A model generated the notes under the pieces. The model did not search any database and was not told where the DNA came from. It worked only from the letters and a program-made list of their open reading frames with translations. From an uncultured cyanobacterium (GTDB lineage Bacteria > Cyanobacteriota > Cyanobacteriia > Cyanobacteriales > Nostocaceae): a stretch of DNA of 64,000 nt. Shown piece after piece: positions 20,901-32,316 of the stretch (positions within the stretch are counted from its first letter, which is position 1; the number at the start of each line of letters is the position of its first letter). The stretch covers positions 512,001 to 576,000 of the forward strand of contig OY970166.1 of NCBI GenBank assembly GCA_963706595.1, given 5' to 3'. The position numbers and the translations under genes are program-made.

Positions 20901-21146
20901 ATGAGCGATAACAAATTGCTACAAAGGATTAAGTTTGACAAAAATATTTTGGCTGGTAAACCAATTATTCGGGGATTAAGAATACCAGTAGCAATGATTT
21001 TAGAATTACTAGCTAAAGGTGCTAGTAATCAAGAAATTATGGAAGATTACCCGGAATTAGAACTAGAAGATATCCAAGCAGCGTTATTTTACGCTTATTA
21101 TCTGGTTTCTCAAGAAGAGGTTGTAGACAGGGCAACTGCATCCTAA
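20901..21146 (+). CDS. DUF433-domain protein (antitoxin-like)
   Basis: GKPIIRGLRIPV..ILELLA.G....EIMEDYPELELEDIQAAL.YA. Start taken at MSDNK after GAGG. Confidence 0.9.
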   Translation: MSDNKLLQRIKFDKNILAGKPIIRGLRIPVAMILELLAKGASNQEIMEDYPELELEDIQAALFYAYYLVSQEEVVDRATAS

Positions 21147-21153
21147 ACCATAT

Positions 21154-21510
21154 ACGAAATTTTTAATAGATGTCAATGCTAGTCGCACTTTGGGTAATTG
21201 GTTGCAACAATTAGGTCATGATGTAGTTTTTGTAAGTGACACCAACCCCGAAATGATAGACGAGCATATTTTAGAATGGGCAGTTGCGGAAAAAAGAGTT
21301 ATTGTCACTACAGATAATGATTTTGAACAGATGATTTGGCAGCAACGAAAGCGTCATTGTGGAGTTTTACGTTTAGAAAATTTACCTCGTGAAGCTAGGA
21401 ATGAGTTATTAATAGATACTTTAAACTTATATAGTGAAGATTTGCTTAATGGCAGAATTGTGATTGCTATGAAAAATAAGTTTCGGATTCGTCAGGCTAA
21501 TTTTGAATAG
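21154..21510 (+). CDS. DUF5615-type PIN-like toxin; no canonical start codon ahead of the N-terminal motif
   Basis: In-frame (T)KFLIDVNASRTLGNWLQQLGHDV...DEHILEWAVAEKRVIVTTDNDF. The frame is closed upstream by TAG at 21124. Confidence 0.75.
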   Translation, partial: TKFLIDVNASRTLGNWLQQLGHDVVFVSDTNPEMIDEHILEWAVAEKRVIVTTDNDFEQMIWQQRKRHCGVLRLENLPREARNELLIDTLNLYSEDLLNGRIVIAMKNKFRIRQANFE

Positions 21511-21829
21511 GTTGATTTGAGATTATGTCAAGTTTATTTACCCAAAAGTTGGAGAGACGCGATAAATCGCCGTCTCTACAGAAAATATATCCGTCAATTA
21601 TTTTTTGACAAAATACTACCCACCACTGACCTCTTGCGGTCTTCTTTGCGCCTTTGCGCCTAACGCACTCCGTGCTAGAGCTTACAGCACGCTACGCGAA
21701 CGCTAGAGCCTCCGGCACGCTGCGCGAACGCTGGTGCGCGAGAAAAAAATATTTTCTTATATTACCGCCAAAACAGAAGTGACACAGTAGCAGGTAGACT
21801 GACAACTAGATAGAATCTGCAAGAAAAAG

Positions 21830-22567
21830 ATGTCAAACACTCCTAAAACCTCGCTGCGAGAACAACAACATCCCTTAATTCATCAACTAGCTGATACCAT
21901 TGAAGCAGTTTGGCATGAACACTTAGAACTATCCCCTTACCATTTACCGGCTGAACTGGGGTATGTAGAAGGAAGACTAGAAGGCGAAAAACTGGTTATC
22001 GAAAATCGCTGCTATCAAACACCCCAATTTCGCAAAATGCACTTAGAACTGGCAAAAGTGGGGAATATGTTGGATATTTTGCATTGTGTGATGTTTCCTC
22101 ACCCAGAATATGACTTACCCATGTTTGGTTGTGACTTAGTGGGAGGTAGAGGTCAAATTAGTGCAGCGATCGCAGACCTATCTCCTGTAGACTTAAATCG
22201 CACCTTACCAGAATTATATAACACCGAACTCACCGCCCTTAAAGAGATGGAATTTTCCCAACCCCGTGATTTACCGGAATGGGGTCATATATTCTCAGAA
22301 TTTTGCCTGTTTGTGCGTCCTGGTTCCCCAGAAGAAGAGACAATGTTTCTGTCTCGCGTCAAAGAAATGTTAGACATTCATTGTACTCAAGCGATCGCCT
22401 CCAGTCCAGTTTCCCCAGAAAAATCGCTGCAAATTATAGCTGGACAACGCAACTACTGTACCAAACAGCAACAAAACGACAAAACCCGCCGAGTATTAGA
22501 AAAAGCCTTTGGTCAAGACTGGGCAGAAAATTACATGACCACAGTATTATTTGATCTCCCAGACTAA
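21830..22567 (+). CDS. pcyA: Phycocyanobilin:ferredoxin oxidoreductase
   Basis: [43 protein letters not shown]. Confidence 0.95.
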   Translation: MSNTPKTSLREQQHPLIHQLADTIEAVWHEHLELSPYHLPAELGYVEGRLEGEKLVIENRCYQTPQFRKMHLELAKVGNMLDILHCVMFPHPEYDLPMFGCDLVGGRGQISAAIADLSPVDLNRTLPELYNTELTALKEMEFSQPRDLPEWGHIFSEFCLFVRPGSPEEETMFLSRVKEMLDIHCTQAIASSPVSPEKSLQIIAGQRNYCTKQQQNDKTRRVLEKAFGQDWAENYMTTVLFDLPD

Positions 22568-22632
22568 AAAGTGCTTTCTTCTTGAGTCAAAACTAATTAA
22601 CTCTCCCCCTATTCCCCTCATCTATCCCATCT

Positions 22633-22674
22633 GTAGGTTCTGTTACGTTTTCCTGTAACTGATGAATGTAGAAT
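22633..22674 (+). promoter_or_regulatory. Canonical NtcA-activated promoter of devBCA
   Basis: GTAggttctgtTAC (22633-22646), exactly 22 nt, then TAGAAT (22669-22674). Confidence 0.85.
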
Positions 22675-23413
22675 TTATTTATTCAATGAGAGTTTAATGG
22701 AGTTAGACAACAGTAGAAAGGTCTGAGAGTAAATATTCTCAATATAAAGGACTACAAACAGACTGACTAATTGGTTCACCAAAAAGTTAAGGAAACTGTA
22801 ATGTTAGGAATCCTCTCTTTGACATATATTTGTAGTAGGTCGTTGACTAATACCATTTCTAAATTATAGCTTGTGTGGTATAGCCATAAATGTGCCTAAT
22901 TAGCCTGTGCAGGCTTTATTTGCGAGTCTGTGGCATTGGTTATGATAGGCAATAAAGCGCATCTATCGGCATTCTACTGAGCGCAAACACCCAATTGGTA
23001 TGACTAAATACCCAATTTTGTAGCAGAAAATTTTTTATTGAAGCTGTTGGTATAGCTTCTAAAAAATTAGCAGAATTGGTCTAAGTTTGAAAAAACACTT
23101 GTGAGATTTTTCTCGCAAATAACGGTTAGCGTGATTATATTTACTAAATTTATACCAGGTTGCCATCAGAAAACCACTGTTGTTTGTTTTTGTTGTTATC
23201 AGCGTGCGAGTTACTAAAAATTGTTTGAATCAATCTAACACCAATTAAAAAAAAGAGTGCAATGGATACAAACCGAGAAAACCAGATAAAATCTAACGCC
23301 TCTTAATTACGAATTACGAATTACGAATTACGTTAGCGTAGCTCCTCTGAAAGAGGCATTACGAATTCACCTTTTTACTTCCATAAGCAAAATTCAACAA
23401 ACGGGCAACAACC

Positions 23414-24853
23414 ATGTCAAGGGTGACTGAGAAACCAAGCTCAAAAGAGCTGGTACTTAATCCGGAACAACCTAAGATTTGGTGGGGTATCGCTGTAGCC
23501 CTACCAATTGTCATTGCTGCTGGACTTTTAACTACGGCTAAAGTCGAGCAACTGAAAAAAATAGGCTTGTCTGTACCTGTAAAACCACTTGCCAATAGCA
23601 TTAGTTCCGTGGGGCGTTTGGAACCAAAAGGGGAAGTGTTGAGACTTTCGGCTCCCGCAGCTGGATTGCAATCTTCGTCACGACTTCAGCAACTTTTCGT
23701 GCGTGAAGGTGAGCGAGTCAGAAAAGGTCAAGTGGTGGCGATTTTAGACAACCATGATACCCAACTAGCAGCCCTAGAAGAAGCAAAAGCCAGACTGCAA
23801 GAAGCACGGGCAAATTTAGCTCAAGTCAGAGTCGCCTCACCTAGAGATATTGAAGCACAAACCGCAGTCATTGCTCGCTTACAAGCCCAGTTAAACGGAG
23901 AAAGGGATGCTCAACAAGCGGCAATTGCGCGGATAGCTGCCCAGTTAAGTGGAGAAAAAGTTGCTCAACAAGCAGGTGTTGAACGTTTAGAGGCTGAACT
24001 CAGAGGACAACAAGAAAACTTAAGAGCAACTGTGGCTCGCATCCAAGCCGAACAGCGTGATGCTCAAGTTGATGCTGGACGGTATGATTTTTTATACGGT
24101 GAGGGTGCGATTTCCCAGCAAGAACGGGATACCAGAAGACTCAGAGCGCAAACTGCTAATCAGCAAGTTCGAGAAACTCAAGCTAGCCTGCGAAAGGCGC
24201 AGGAGACTATACGACAACAACTAGCCGAGGCTAGAGCTACTCAGGTACAAACTATTGCCACTTTGCAACAACAGCTAGTTGAAGCTAGAGTGACTCGTGA
24301 TCAAACTATCAGGACTTTGCAAAGTCAAATTAACGAAGAACAAGCTAGATTGAGCCGAATTCAAGACTTTCGTCCGACTGATATTCAGAGGGGACAAGCT
24401 CAAGTTAGTAATGCGATCGCTAATGTGAAAAGAGCCGAAGCCGAACTAAAATTAAGCTACGTTCAAGCGCCAATTGCTGGAGAAATTCTGGCAGTTCACA
24501 CCAAATCAGGAGAATCTATCAGTGCAAGTGGCATTGCTGAGATTGGCGAAACCAATCAAATGACCGTTGTCGCTGAAGTCCCCGAAGATACTATTTCTCA
24601 AGTCCGTATAGGTCAAACTGCGACTGTCACCAGTGAAAATGGCGCATTTACCGGGGAATTAACCGGAACTGTCACTGAAATTGGCAGAAAAATTGGCAAA
24701 AAAGATGTCTTGAGTACAGATCCTGTAGCAGATGTAGACGCTAGAGTTGTGGAAGTCAAAATTACCTTAACTCCAGAAGATAGTCAGAAAGTTTCTGGTT
24801 TTACTAATGCTAAGGTACTGGCTCAAATTAATAAAGGATCAAATTCTGATTGA
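23414..24853 (+). CDS. devB: Heterocyst glycolipid exporter membrane-fusion protein DevB
   Basis: VGRLEPKGEV, long coiled coil, VQAPIAGEIL, DVDARVVEVKI; devB-devC-devA order next to pcyA. Confidence 0.88.
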   Translation: MSRVTEKPSSKELVLNPEQPKIWWGIAVALPIVIAAGLLTTAKVEQLKKIGLSVPVKPLANSISSVGRLEPKGEVLRLSAPAAGLQSSSRLQQLFVREGERVRKGQVVAILDNHDTQLAALEEAKARLQEARANLAQVRVASPRDIEAQTAVIARLQAQLNGERDAQQAAIARIAAQLSGEKVAQQAGVERLEAELRGQQENLRATVARIQAEQRDAQVDAGRYDFLYGEGAISQQERDTRRLRAQTANQQVRETQASLRKAQETIRQQLAEARATQVQTIATLQQQLVEARVTRDQTIRTLQSQINEEQARLSRIQDFRPTDIQRGQAQVSNAIANVKRAEAELKLSYVQAPIAGEILAVHTKSGESISASGIAEIGETNQMTVVAEVPEDTISQVRIGQTATVTSENGAFTGELTGTVTEIGRKIGKKDVLSTDPVADVDARVVEVKITLTPEDSQKVSGFTNAKVLAQINKGSNSD

Positions 24854-24973
24854 GCATCAATACCAATCGGAAAAAAGAATTTGACTAAAACCAAATTTTA
24901 GATTTTGGATGAAATATTCCCATCCAAAATTTAAACTTGAATTGCTTTCTTAATTACGAATTACGCCTAAATA

Positions 24974-26127
24974 ATGACTCGTAAAATACCCTTATCTTGG
25001 CTACAACTGACCAGGGACAAAAGTCGCCTAGCCGTGGCGCTGGCAGGAATTGCCTTTGCCGATATTCTGATGTTTATGCAAATTGGTTTTCGGGATGCAC
25101 TCTATTATAGTAACGTGCGGTTACATGGTAGCTTAAAAGGTGACATCGTTTTAATTAATCAGCAATCTAATGCGTTGCTAGCAATGCAAACCTTTTCTCA
25201 AAGAAGGTTGTATAAAGCTTTAGAATTAGAAGCAATAGAATCGGTACATCCAATATATTTAGATTATACAACGTGGAGAAATCCGGTAACAGGTCGTCCT
25301 CGGAGTATTCTGATATTTGGCATGAATCCAGAAACTAATTTATTTGATTTGCCGGGTATGGAGGAGAACTTAGATAAGTTAAGACTACCTGATGTGGTTT
25401 TATTTGATAGTTCTTCTAGAGAAGAATATGGACCAATTGCTTCTGAGGTAGGGAAAGGAAATACTTTAACAGCAGAGGTACAAAGAAGACGAGTTAAAAT
25501 AGATGGCCTCTTTACTTTAGGTGCATCTTTTGGCGCTGATGGTAACTTAATTACCAGTGATGTTAATTTTTTGAGGATATTCGCCAACCGTCAGCGAGGT
25601 TTAATTGATATTGGTTTAATTCGATTAAAACCCGGACAAAATGCTGAGATTGTTGCCCAACAATTGCGGGAATATTTACCTCAAGATATCAATGTTTTAA
25701 CCAAACAAGAGTTTATTGATTTTGAGCGCAATTACTGGGCAAGTAGTACAGCGATTGGATTTATCTTCACTTTAGGCACAATCATGGGTTTTATTGTGGG
25801 GACTGTGATTGTTTATCAAATCCTTTATACAGAAGTTTCTGATCACTTATCAGAGTATGCTACTTTGAAGGCAATAGGTTACACACAAAACTACTTATTG
25901 ACTGTTATACTCCAAGAAGCATTGCTATTAGCTTGCTTAGGATATATTCCAGGATGGATTGTGGCGATGTTTATGTACTCCAGTGCTAGAGATGCTACAC
26001 TACTACCAATCTTCATGAGCTATGAACGGGCAATCACTGTGTTAATTTTAACTATAATTATGTGTTTTGTTTCGGCGCGATCGCAGTACGTAAATTACGT
26101 TCCGCCGATCCAGCAGATATCTTCTAA
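24974..26127 (+). CDS. devC: ABC exporter permease DevC, with an apparent 1-bp deletion near the 3' end
   Basis: IPLSWLQL, GIAFADILMFMQ.GF, GTVIVYQILY. The family C-terminus GAIAVRKLRSADPADIF* is in another frame (26074-26127); as written the ORF runs to 26161. Confidence 0.88.
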
Positions 26128-26347
26128 CAGTCAACAATTACAAATTAAATCGGAATTTTAAATGTTGATCGAGAAGTTGGATTTACAATTTATGAATGAT
26201 ATATATTTATGATTTACAGGCACTGCTACAGCATGGCGTAGAGGATACTATTTGCCAAAATTCAAAATTGCCAAATCCAAGATTTTTGATTTTTGATTTG
26301 GGACAAACGCCTAGCGGTACTACTAACACCTAATTACCCACTTGAAT

Positions 26348-27061
26348 ATGAAACAAGAACCTGTAATTGCCATAAAACATCTTAACCACTACTATGGCAA
26401 AGGCGCACTCAAGAAACAGATATTATTTGACATTAATCTAGAAGTTTATCCTGGAGAAATTGTCATTATGACTGGTCCATCAGGTTCAGGTAAAACAACA
26501 TTACTCAGCTTGATTGGTGGGTTGCGGTCTGTACAAGAGGGCAGTCTCAAGTTTTTAGGTGTAGAAATGTTTGGTGCTAGTCAGAATAGACTAGTGCAAA
26601 TTCGGCGGAATATTGGTTATATTTTTCAAGCTCACAATTTGTTGGGTTTCTTAAGTGCCACCCAAAATGTGCAGATGGCGGTGGAATTAAATAACAACAT
26701 GACGGCAAATGAAGCCATTGCTAAGTCACAAGCCATGCTGGGGGCGGTTGGTTTACAGGACAAAGTGACTTACTACCCAGAAAGCCTTTCTGGCGGACAA
26801 AAACAAAGAATTGCGATCGCCCGCGCCCTAGTAAATAGTCCCCCACTGGTACTAGCTGATGAACCAACAGCAGCTTTAGACAAACAATCAGGACGCGATG
26901 TTGTGGAAATCATGCAGGGACTTGCTAAAGAACAAGGAACTTCTATCTTGCTAGTGACTCACGATAACCGCATCTTGGACATAGCTGATCGCATCGTTGA
27001 AATGGAAGATGGTCTGTTAACCCGTGATTCCCAAAGTGCAGCCATCGGCGAAAAACCATAA
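26348..27061 (+). CDS. devA: ABC exporter ATP-binding protein DevA
   Basis: GPSGSGKTT, IGYIFQAHNL, LSGGQKQR, LADEPTAALD. Confidence 0.9.
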   Translation: MKQEPVIAIKHLNHYYGKGALKKQILFDINLEVYPGEIVIMTGPSGSGKTTLLSLIGGLRSVQEGSLKFLGVEMFGASQNRLVQIRRNIGYIFQAHNLLGFLSATQNVQMAVELNNNMTANEAIAKSQAMLGAVGLQDKVTYYPESLSGGQKQRIAIARALVNSPPLVLADEPTAALDKQSGRDVVEIMQGLAKEQGTSILLVTHDNRILDIADRIVEMEDGLLTRDSQSAAIGEKP

Positions 27062-27105
27062 TTCGTCACTCATAACCATATTGCAGCTGCCTGAACTTAA
27101 AACTA

Positions 27106-27924
27106 CTATCTAGCAGAACCGGATCTTTTCACATCAGAAGGCTTCGGTGGTACAGCTATATTTGGTTGGCGATTTGTGCGAAAAGTTACATTCACGCCTT
27201 CATTCGATTGTTCTAGCACTAATAGAGGCGTAGGTTTAGCCTTTTGATCCCAATGCATCGAGGCAATCCGTCCTTGAATTGTCGGTTGCCAACTATCCTC
27301 ACCTTCTACGGGGCTAAGATAAGTTTCAATACAGTCAATAATTTGGCTAATAGTGGCAGAAGTCGCTTGTGTTGGTAACTTGACTAACCGGATTTGAATC
27401 CGAAACAGCACTCGTTTCGCTATCTTTGCACCAACACCAGCCTCATATTCCACATCAAAAATTTCATCTATTTGCCGTCCAGTGGTACTAGCAATACCGA
27501 CAATTCCTTGGTGGGCTTGATTTGGACGTAGTGCTTGAGATATTTTATCCTTGACCTGGATTTTAATTTGATTCAAAATCGCAAAGTGAAACACCTCTTC
27601 TGACATCCGCATTCGCAGATAATCTAAGTTAAAATCCCGTGAATTCACTAAGTCGGGATTAGTTTCCATTTTGCGAATAGTTTCCAGCGCTAGTTTAAAC
27701 TTTTTTTCTAATTCTTGCGCCCGGAATTTCTCAAATTTGACTCTTTTCTCTAACTTATCTACCTGAAGTTTGCCATAAACGCTCAAAGCAACCACCGCTA
27801 AAGCCAGTCCAGTAGAGGTGATCACTGAAAATGGTGGTGCTTGGATTTGACTTGTTACTATTTCTTGGGAAACGTTAGTGGTGTTTGTTACAGAAGATTG
27901 GGCAATCAACGTTGAAGTTAGCAT
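27106..27924 (-). CDS. Hypothetical protein with one TM helix followed by a coiled coil
   Basis: 272-aa ORF with a hydrophobic segment near residues 33-50. Confidence 0.7.
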   Translation of the reverse strand: MLTSTLIAQSSVTNTTNVSQEIVTSQIQAPPFSVITSTGLALAVVALSVYGKLQVDKLEKRVKFEKFRAQELEKKFKLALETIRKMETNPDLVNSRDFNLDYLRMRMSEEVFHFAILNQIKIQVKDKISQALRPNQAHQGIVGIASTTGRQIDEIFDVEYEAGVGAKIAKRVLFRIQIRLVKLPTQATSATISQIIDCIETYLSPVEGEDSWQPTIQGRIASMHWDQKAKPTPLLVLEQSNEGVNVTFRTNRQPNIAVPPKPSDVKRSGSAR

Positions 27925-28031
27925 GATGGGGAATTATAAACAAAGAACTACTTGACTGATTATTTTTAGGATGCCCAAATCCTGAATCCTATTTAGCTGT
28001 ATGATTACTATTTTTTACAGCTGACCTAAAA

Positions 28032-28856
28032 TTGTATATGTACAGTCATCCAAACTTCCCTGTTGGACATCCACTCAGTCTAAAACAACTTTCTGAGGCT
28101 TCATTCCGGAATATTCGCCTAATTGCCACAGATATGGATGGTACGCTGACTAAAAGCGGCAAATTTTCAGCTACATTGCTGCAAGCTTTAGAAGATTTAG
28201 CAACTGCTGGGATAAAAGTATTAATTGTTACTGGACGTTCGGCTGGGTGGATGAGTGGATTGAGTAACTTGATGCCTGTGGTTGGGGCGATCGCTGAAAA
28301 CGGTGGTCTGTTCTATCCATCAGGGTATGATCAACCAATCACTTTAACACCCATACCTGACCTAGAAGCCCATCGCCAGAGTTTAGGTGTGGCTTTTGAA
28401 GAATTAAAAACCAAATTTCCTCAAATCCAGGAATCAGCCGACAATCGTTTTCGTGTCACCGATTGGACATTTGATGTCGCGGCTTTGAATCCCAAGGAAT
28501 TACAAATACTGAGTCATCTTTGTGAAGAAATGGGTTGGGGATTTACTTACAGTAATGTGCAGTGTCACATTAAACCCCAAGGGCAAGATAAGGCTGTAGG
28601 GTTATTACAAGTGTTGCGAGAATACTTCCCTGAATTTTCACCAGCACAAGTCCTGACGGTGGGTGATAGTCCCAATGATGAAAGTTTATTTAATCAAGAT
28701 CATTTTTCGCTCTCTGTAGGTGTAGCGAATGTCTTGAAATATGCCAATCAGTTGCAACATCAACCCACTTATCTGACTACGGCGGCTGAAGGAGAAGGAT
28801 TTTGTGAGTTATGCAATTATATTTTGCAAGGAGAGAAAATACAGCAAAAAATTTAA
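28032..28856 (+). CDS. HAD-superfamily (subfamily IIB) hydrolase
   Basis: ATDMDGTLT, VTGRS, DKA, GDSPNDESLF. Confidence 0.9.
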   Translation: MYMYSHPNFPVGHPLSLKQLSEASFRNIRLIATDMDGTLTKSGKFSATLLQALEDLATAGIKVLIVTGRSAGWMSGLSNLMPVVGAIAENGGLFYPSGYDQPITLTPIPDLEAHRQSLGVAFEELKTKFPQIQESADNRFRVTDWTFDVAALNPKELQILSHLCEEMGWGFTYSNVQCHIKPQGQDKAVGLLQVLREYFPEFSPAQVLTVGDSPNDESLFNQDHFSLSVGVANVLKYANQLQHQPTYLTTAAEGEGFCELCNYILQGEKIQQKI

Positions 28857-29520
28857 TCTGTCGCGCAAGTCCCCACTTTCAATGTACTTATTCGGTGTAA
28901 GCATCCATTTCTACCCTTTCCTTACACCTTAGTTTTCGGAATTTATGATCTTTTTTACTTAAATTTGCTGGAGTTTGAAGAATTTTTTGACATTTAATTA
29001 AGTTTATAATAGTTAACAACAGTCTTAAGAAAGATGTAACTCATAAATAGTTGCCAGCGAGGACGCATTGGGGGTAGGTTAGTAAAAGTGTTAGATTAGC
29101 CCGATTTTGGGGAACTATATATCGAAGAGTATCATCACTCAAGTAGGTAACATCATATTTTGTACCTAATGATTAAAATTATGGTTACCCGAACAACACC
29201 TGCCCACCCAGGGTACGAAATCCTTGATTTCTGGTAGTCCGTACCTGTTGACTTTGTTTATTTAACCAAACTTGTGCAATGAGTGAGTCCAGTCTTTTGC
29301 CCAGGGGAGAGCCTAGCGCCAAGGAAATTTCTTCCACCAGGAGTAACTTCCGGCATCTGTAATTACTACTTGAATGGTGAAGGGGATTTCCCCTGTAAGC
29401 TGAATCAATACGACTTCCAGTCATTTGAGCTTAGTGCCATAGTTGAGTAATGCCTGAATAGTTAGGCAATATCTGTAATGTTGATTATTCCTAAAATCTA
29501 ATCTAGATTAAAAGTTATTT

Positions 29521-32106
29521 ATGTCAGTCCATGAAAGTAGTTTTGGGGAGAACGCAGATTTAATTATTGGTATTAGTAACCAAGACAATTACTATTTGCC
29601 ACCAAATTCTACTCCTGTAGGTAATTTGGTGAGAAAAAAAGGAACCATTTCGAGATTTCTCGCTCCCTTGACTCAGGACACCTTTAAACAAGTTGTTACC
29701 GAAGTCGAGCAAAAATTGCAGATTGTGCATCAAACCCTATCAATGCTAGATTCTCAAGGGTTTGAAACAATTCTCCAAGAAATGTTGCATTCGATTACCT
29801 TCAAAACAGGAGAGTTACTAGGAGCAGACCGGACAACGATATTCCTATTAGATGAAGATAAACAAGAACTTTGGTCAACTTTAGCTGAGGGAGAAGGAGA
29901 AGCATCTCTAGAAATTCGGATTCCAGCCGATAAAGGTATTGCAGGCGAAGTCGCTACGTTCAAAAAAGTCATAAATATTCCGTTTGATTTTTATCAAGAT
30001 CCGCGTTCGGTATTTGCTCAAGAACAAGAAAAAAAAACCGGCTATCGTACTTACACAATGCTGGCGTTGCCACTCTTGAATGAAGACGGAAAATTAGTGG
30101 CCGTAGTACAATTACTGAATAAATTAAAATCGTCAAATAATGCCAATGATCCGCTTGGTGAACGTGTTGATACTGAAGGTTTTAGCAAGGCTGACGAACA
30201 ATTATTTCAAGAATTTGCGCCTTCAATTCGATTAATTTTAGAGTCGTCGCGTTCGTTTTATATGGCGACTCAAAAACAGAGAGCCTTAGCGGCGTTGATG
30301 AAAGCGATCAAGTCTCTGAGTCAAAGCAGTCTGGACTTAGAAGATACCCTGAAGCGGGTGATGGCAGAAGCGAAGGAACTGATGAATGCTGATCGCAGTA
30401 CCCTATGGCTGATAGATCGCGATCGCCATGAATTATGGACTAAGATTACCCAGGATGATGGTTCGATCAGGGAGTTGCGAGTCCCCATAGGTAAAGGTTT
30501 TGCGGGGATGGTAGCTGCATCTGGGCAAAAACTAAATATTCCCTTTGACTTATATAACCATGCTGACTCAGATACAGCCAAACAAATGGATCAGCAAAAT
30601 GGCTATCGGACTTGCAGTTTACTCTGTATGCCAGTATTTAATGCTGATCAGGAATTGATTGGGGTGACTCAATTAGTCAATAAAAAGAAATCAGGGGATT
30701 TTCCGCCATACAATCCGGCTATTTGGCCCAAAGCGCCTGAATGCTTCCAAGCTAGTTTTGACCGCAACGATGAAGAGTTTATGGAAGCTTTTAATATTCA
30801 AGCCGGTGTGGCGCTGCAAAATGCTCAGTTGTTTGCCACAGTCAAGCAACAAGAACAAATGCAACGGGATATTTTGCGTAGTCTTTCTAATGGTGTAATT
30901 TCTACAGATAAAGCTGGGTTAATTATTACTGCCAATGAAAGTGCCAAACACTTGTTAGGCTTAGAACCCGATGACCGTTTAGAAGGTCAATTAATTACTG
31001 AAGCGATCGCCATTAAAGAAGGTGATTTTAGCAAATGGTATCAAGACGCTTTAGAAGCCAATGATGTCAAGATTACTCAGCAATATTACCCTGATCGGAC
31101 ACTGGTGAGTGATGGCGTAGAACTACACAGTATTAATTTGTCCATCAACACCATTGCTGATGTTAGCGACCCACAGCAAGTCCGGGGGGCGCTGGTGGTC
31201 ATGGAAGATATCAGCGATGAAAAGCGCCTCAAGAGTACGATGTACCGCTACATGACTCAGGAATTAGCCGAAGAATTACTGAAACTGGATGATGCTAAAC
31301 TAGGAGGCGATCGCAAAGAAGTTTCCATTTTATTTTCCGATATTCGCGGTTACACCACTTTGACAGAAAATTTGGAAGCAGAAGAAGTGGTGAATATGCT
31401 CAACGACTATTTTGAATCAATGGTAGAAGCGGTGTTTAAGCATAAAGGCACTCTCGATAAATATATCGGGGATGCGATTATGGCTGTCTTTGGTTCCCCT
31501 CTACCTTTGGAAAACCACGCTTGGATGGCTGTGCAAACAGCAGTAGAAATGCGTCATCGCTTACTGGAATTTAATCAACGTCGCCACGCTGCTGGTCAGC
31601 CCAGAATTAAGATCGGCATTGGGGTCAATTCTGATACTGTGATCAGTGGCAATATCGGTTCCAGTAAGCGAATGGAATTTACAGCCATTGGTGATGGCGT
31701 TAACCTTGGTTCCCGATTAGAAAGCATTAGTAAACAGTACGGTTGTGACATTATTCTCAGTGATAATACCTTTCAACCTTGTCGAGACCAAATTTGGGCT
31801 AGAGAATTAGACTACATTCGCGTCAAAGGCAGAAATGAGCCAGTAGCTATTTACGAATTAGTAGGTTTGCGTTCTGATCCCGTTAATAGCGAAAAATTAC
31901 AAGTAATTGAGTATTATCACAAAGGACGCGAGTATTACCTCAATCGCCAGTTTTCCTATGCTAGAGCGGAGTTTGCCAAAGTTTTGGGAGTTGACAACCA
32001 AGATAAAGCTGCGATGTTGCATCTCCTCCGTTGTCAGCACTGGTTACAATCACCACCAACAGATTTTGAATGGGATCAAGGAGTTTGGACTTTTCAAGAA
32101 AAATAA
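29521..32106 (+). CDS. cyaB2: Class III adenylate cyclase, GAF-GAF-PAS-cyclase
   Basis: Tandem GAF domains with NK..F...DE motifs, FSDIRGYT, DKYIGDAIMA, TAIGDGVNLGSRLE. N-terminus matches my recollection of Anabaena CyaB2. Confidence 0.88.
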   Translation: MSVHESSFGENADLIIGISNQDNYYLPPNSTPVGNLVRKKGTISRFLAPLTQDTFKQVVTEVEQKLQIVHQTLSMLDSQGFETILQEMLHSITFKTGELLGADRTTIFLLDEDKQELWSTLAEGEGEASLEIRIPADKGIAGEVATFKKVINIPFDFYQDPRSVFAQEQEKKTGYRTYTMLALPLLNEDGKLVAVVQLLNKLKSSNNANDPLGERVDTEGFSKADEQLFQEFAPSIRLILESSRSFYMATQKQRALAALMKAIKSLSQSSLDLEDTLKRVMAEAKELMNADRSTLWLIDRDRHELWTKITQDDGSIRELRVPIGKGFAGMVAASGQKLNIPFDLYNHADSDTAKQMDQQNGYRTCSLLCMPVFNADQELIGVTQLVNKKKSGDFPPYNPAIWPKAPECFQASFDRNDEEFMEAFNIQAGVALQNAQLFATVKQQEQMQRDILRSLSNGVISTDKAGLIITANESAKHLLGLEPDDRLEGQLITEAIAIKEGDFSKWYQDALEANDVKITQQYYPDRTLVSDGVELHSINLSINTIADVSDPQQVRGALVVMEDISDEKRLKSTMYRYMTQELAEELLKLDDAKLGGDRKEVSILFSDIRGYTTLTENLEAEEVVNMLNDYFESMVEAVFKHKGTLDKYIGDAIMAVFGSPLPLENHAWMAVQTAVEMRHRLLEFNQRRHAAGQPRIKIGIGVNSDTVISGNIGSSKRMEFTAIGDGVNLGSRLESISKQYGCDIILSDNTFQPCRDQIWARELDYIRVKGRNEPVAIYELVGLRSDPVNSEKLQVIEYYHKGREYYLNRQFSYARAEFAKVLGVDNQDKAAMLHLLRCQHWLQSPPTDFEWDQGVWTFQEK

Positions 32107-32316
32107 AAAATGCATCTGTACAATTTTGGATGTGATATTTTGGTAAAGCAGCGCGGTCTATGGGGTTTCCCCAATCAGCGATTGCTGTAGACGTGCTTTG
32201 CACTATTTCTCGTAGAGTACTACTCTTTAGCGCCGCCATGCCCCTTGGCCTATACACACCCTACTTGCCTGTAAGCACAAAGCGCAGGCTACGCCAACAA
32301 AAATCAAATAGTAGTC

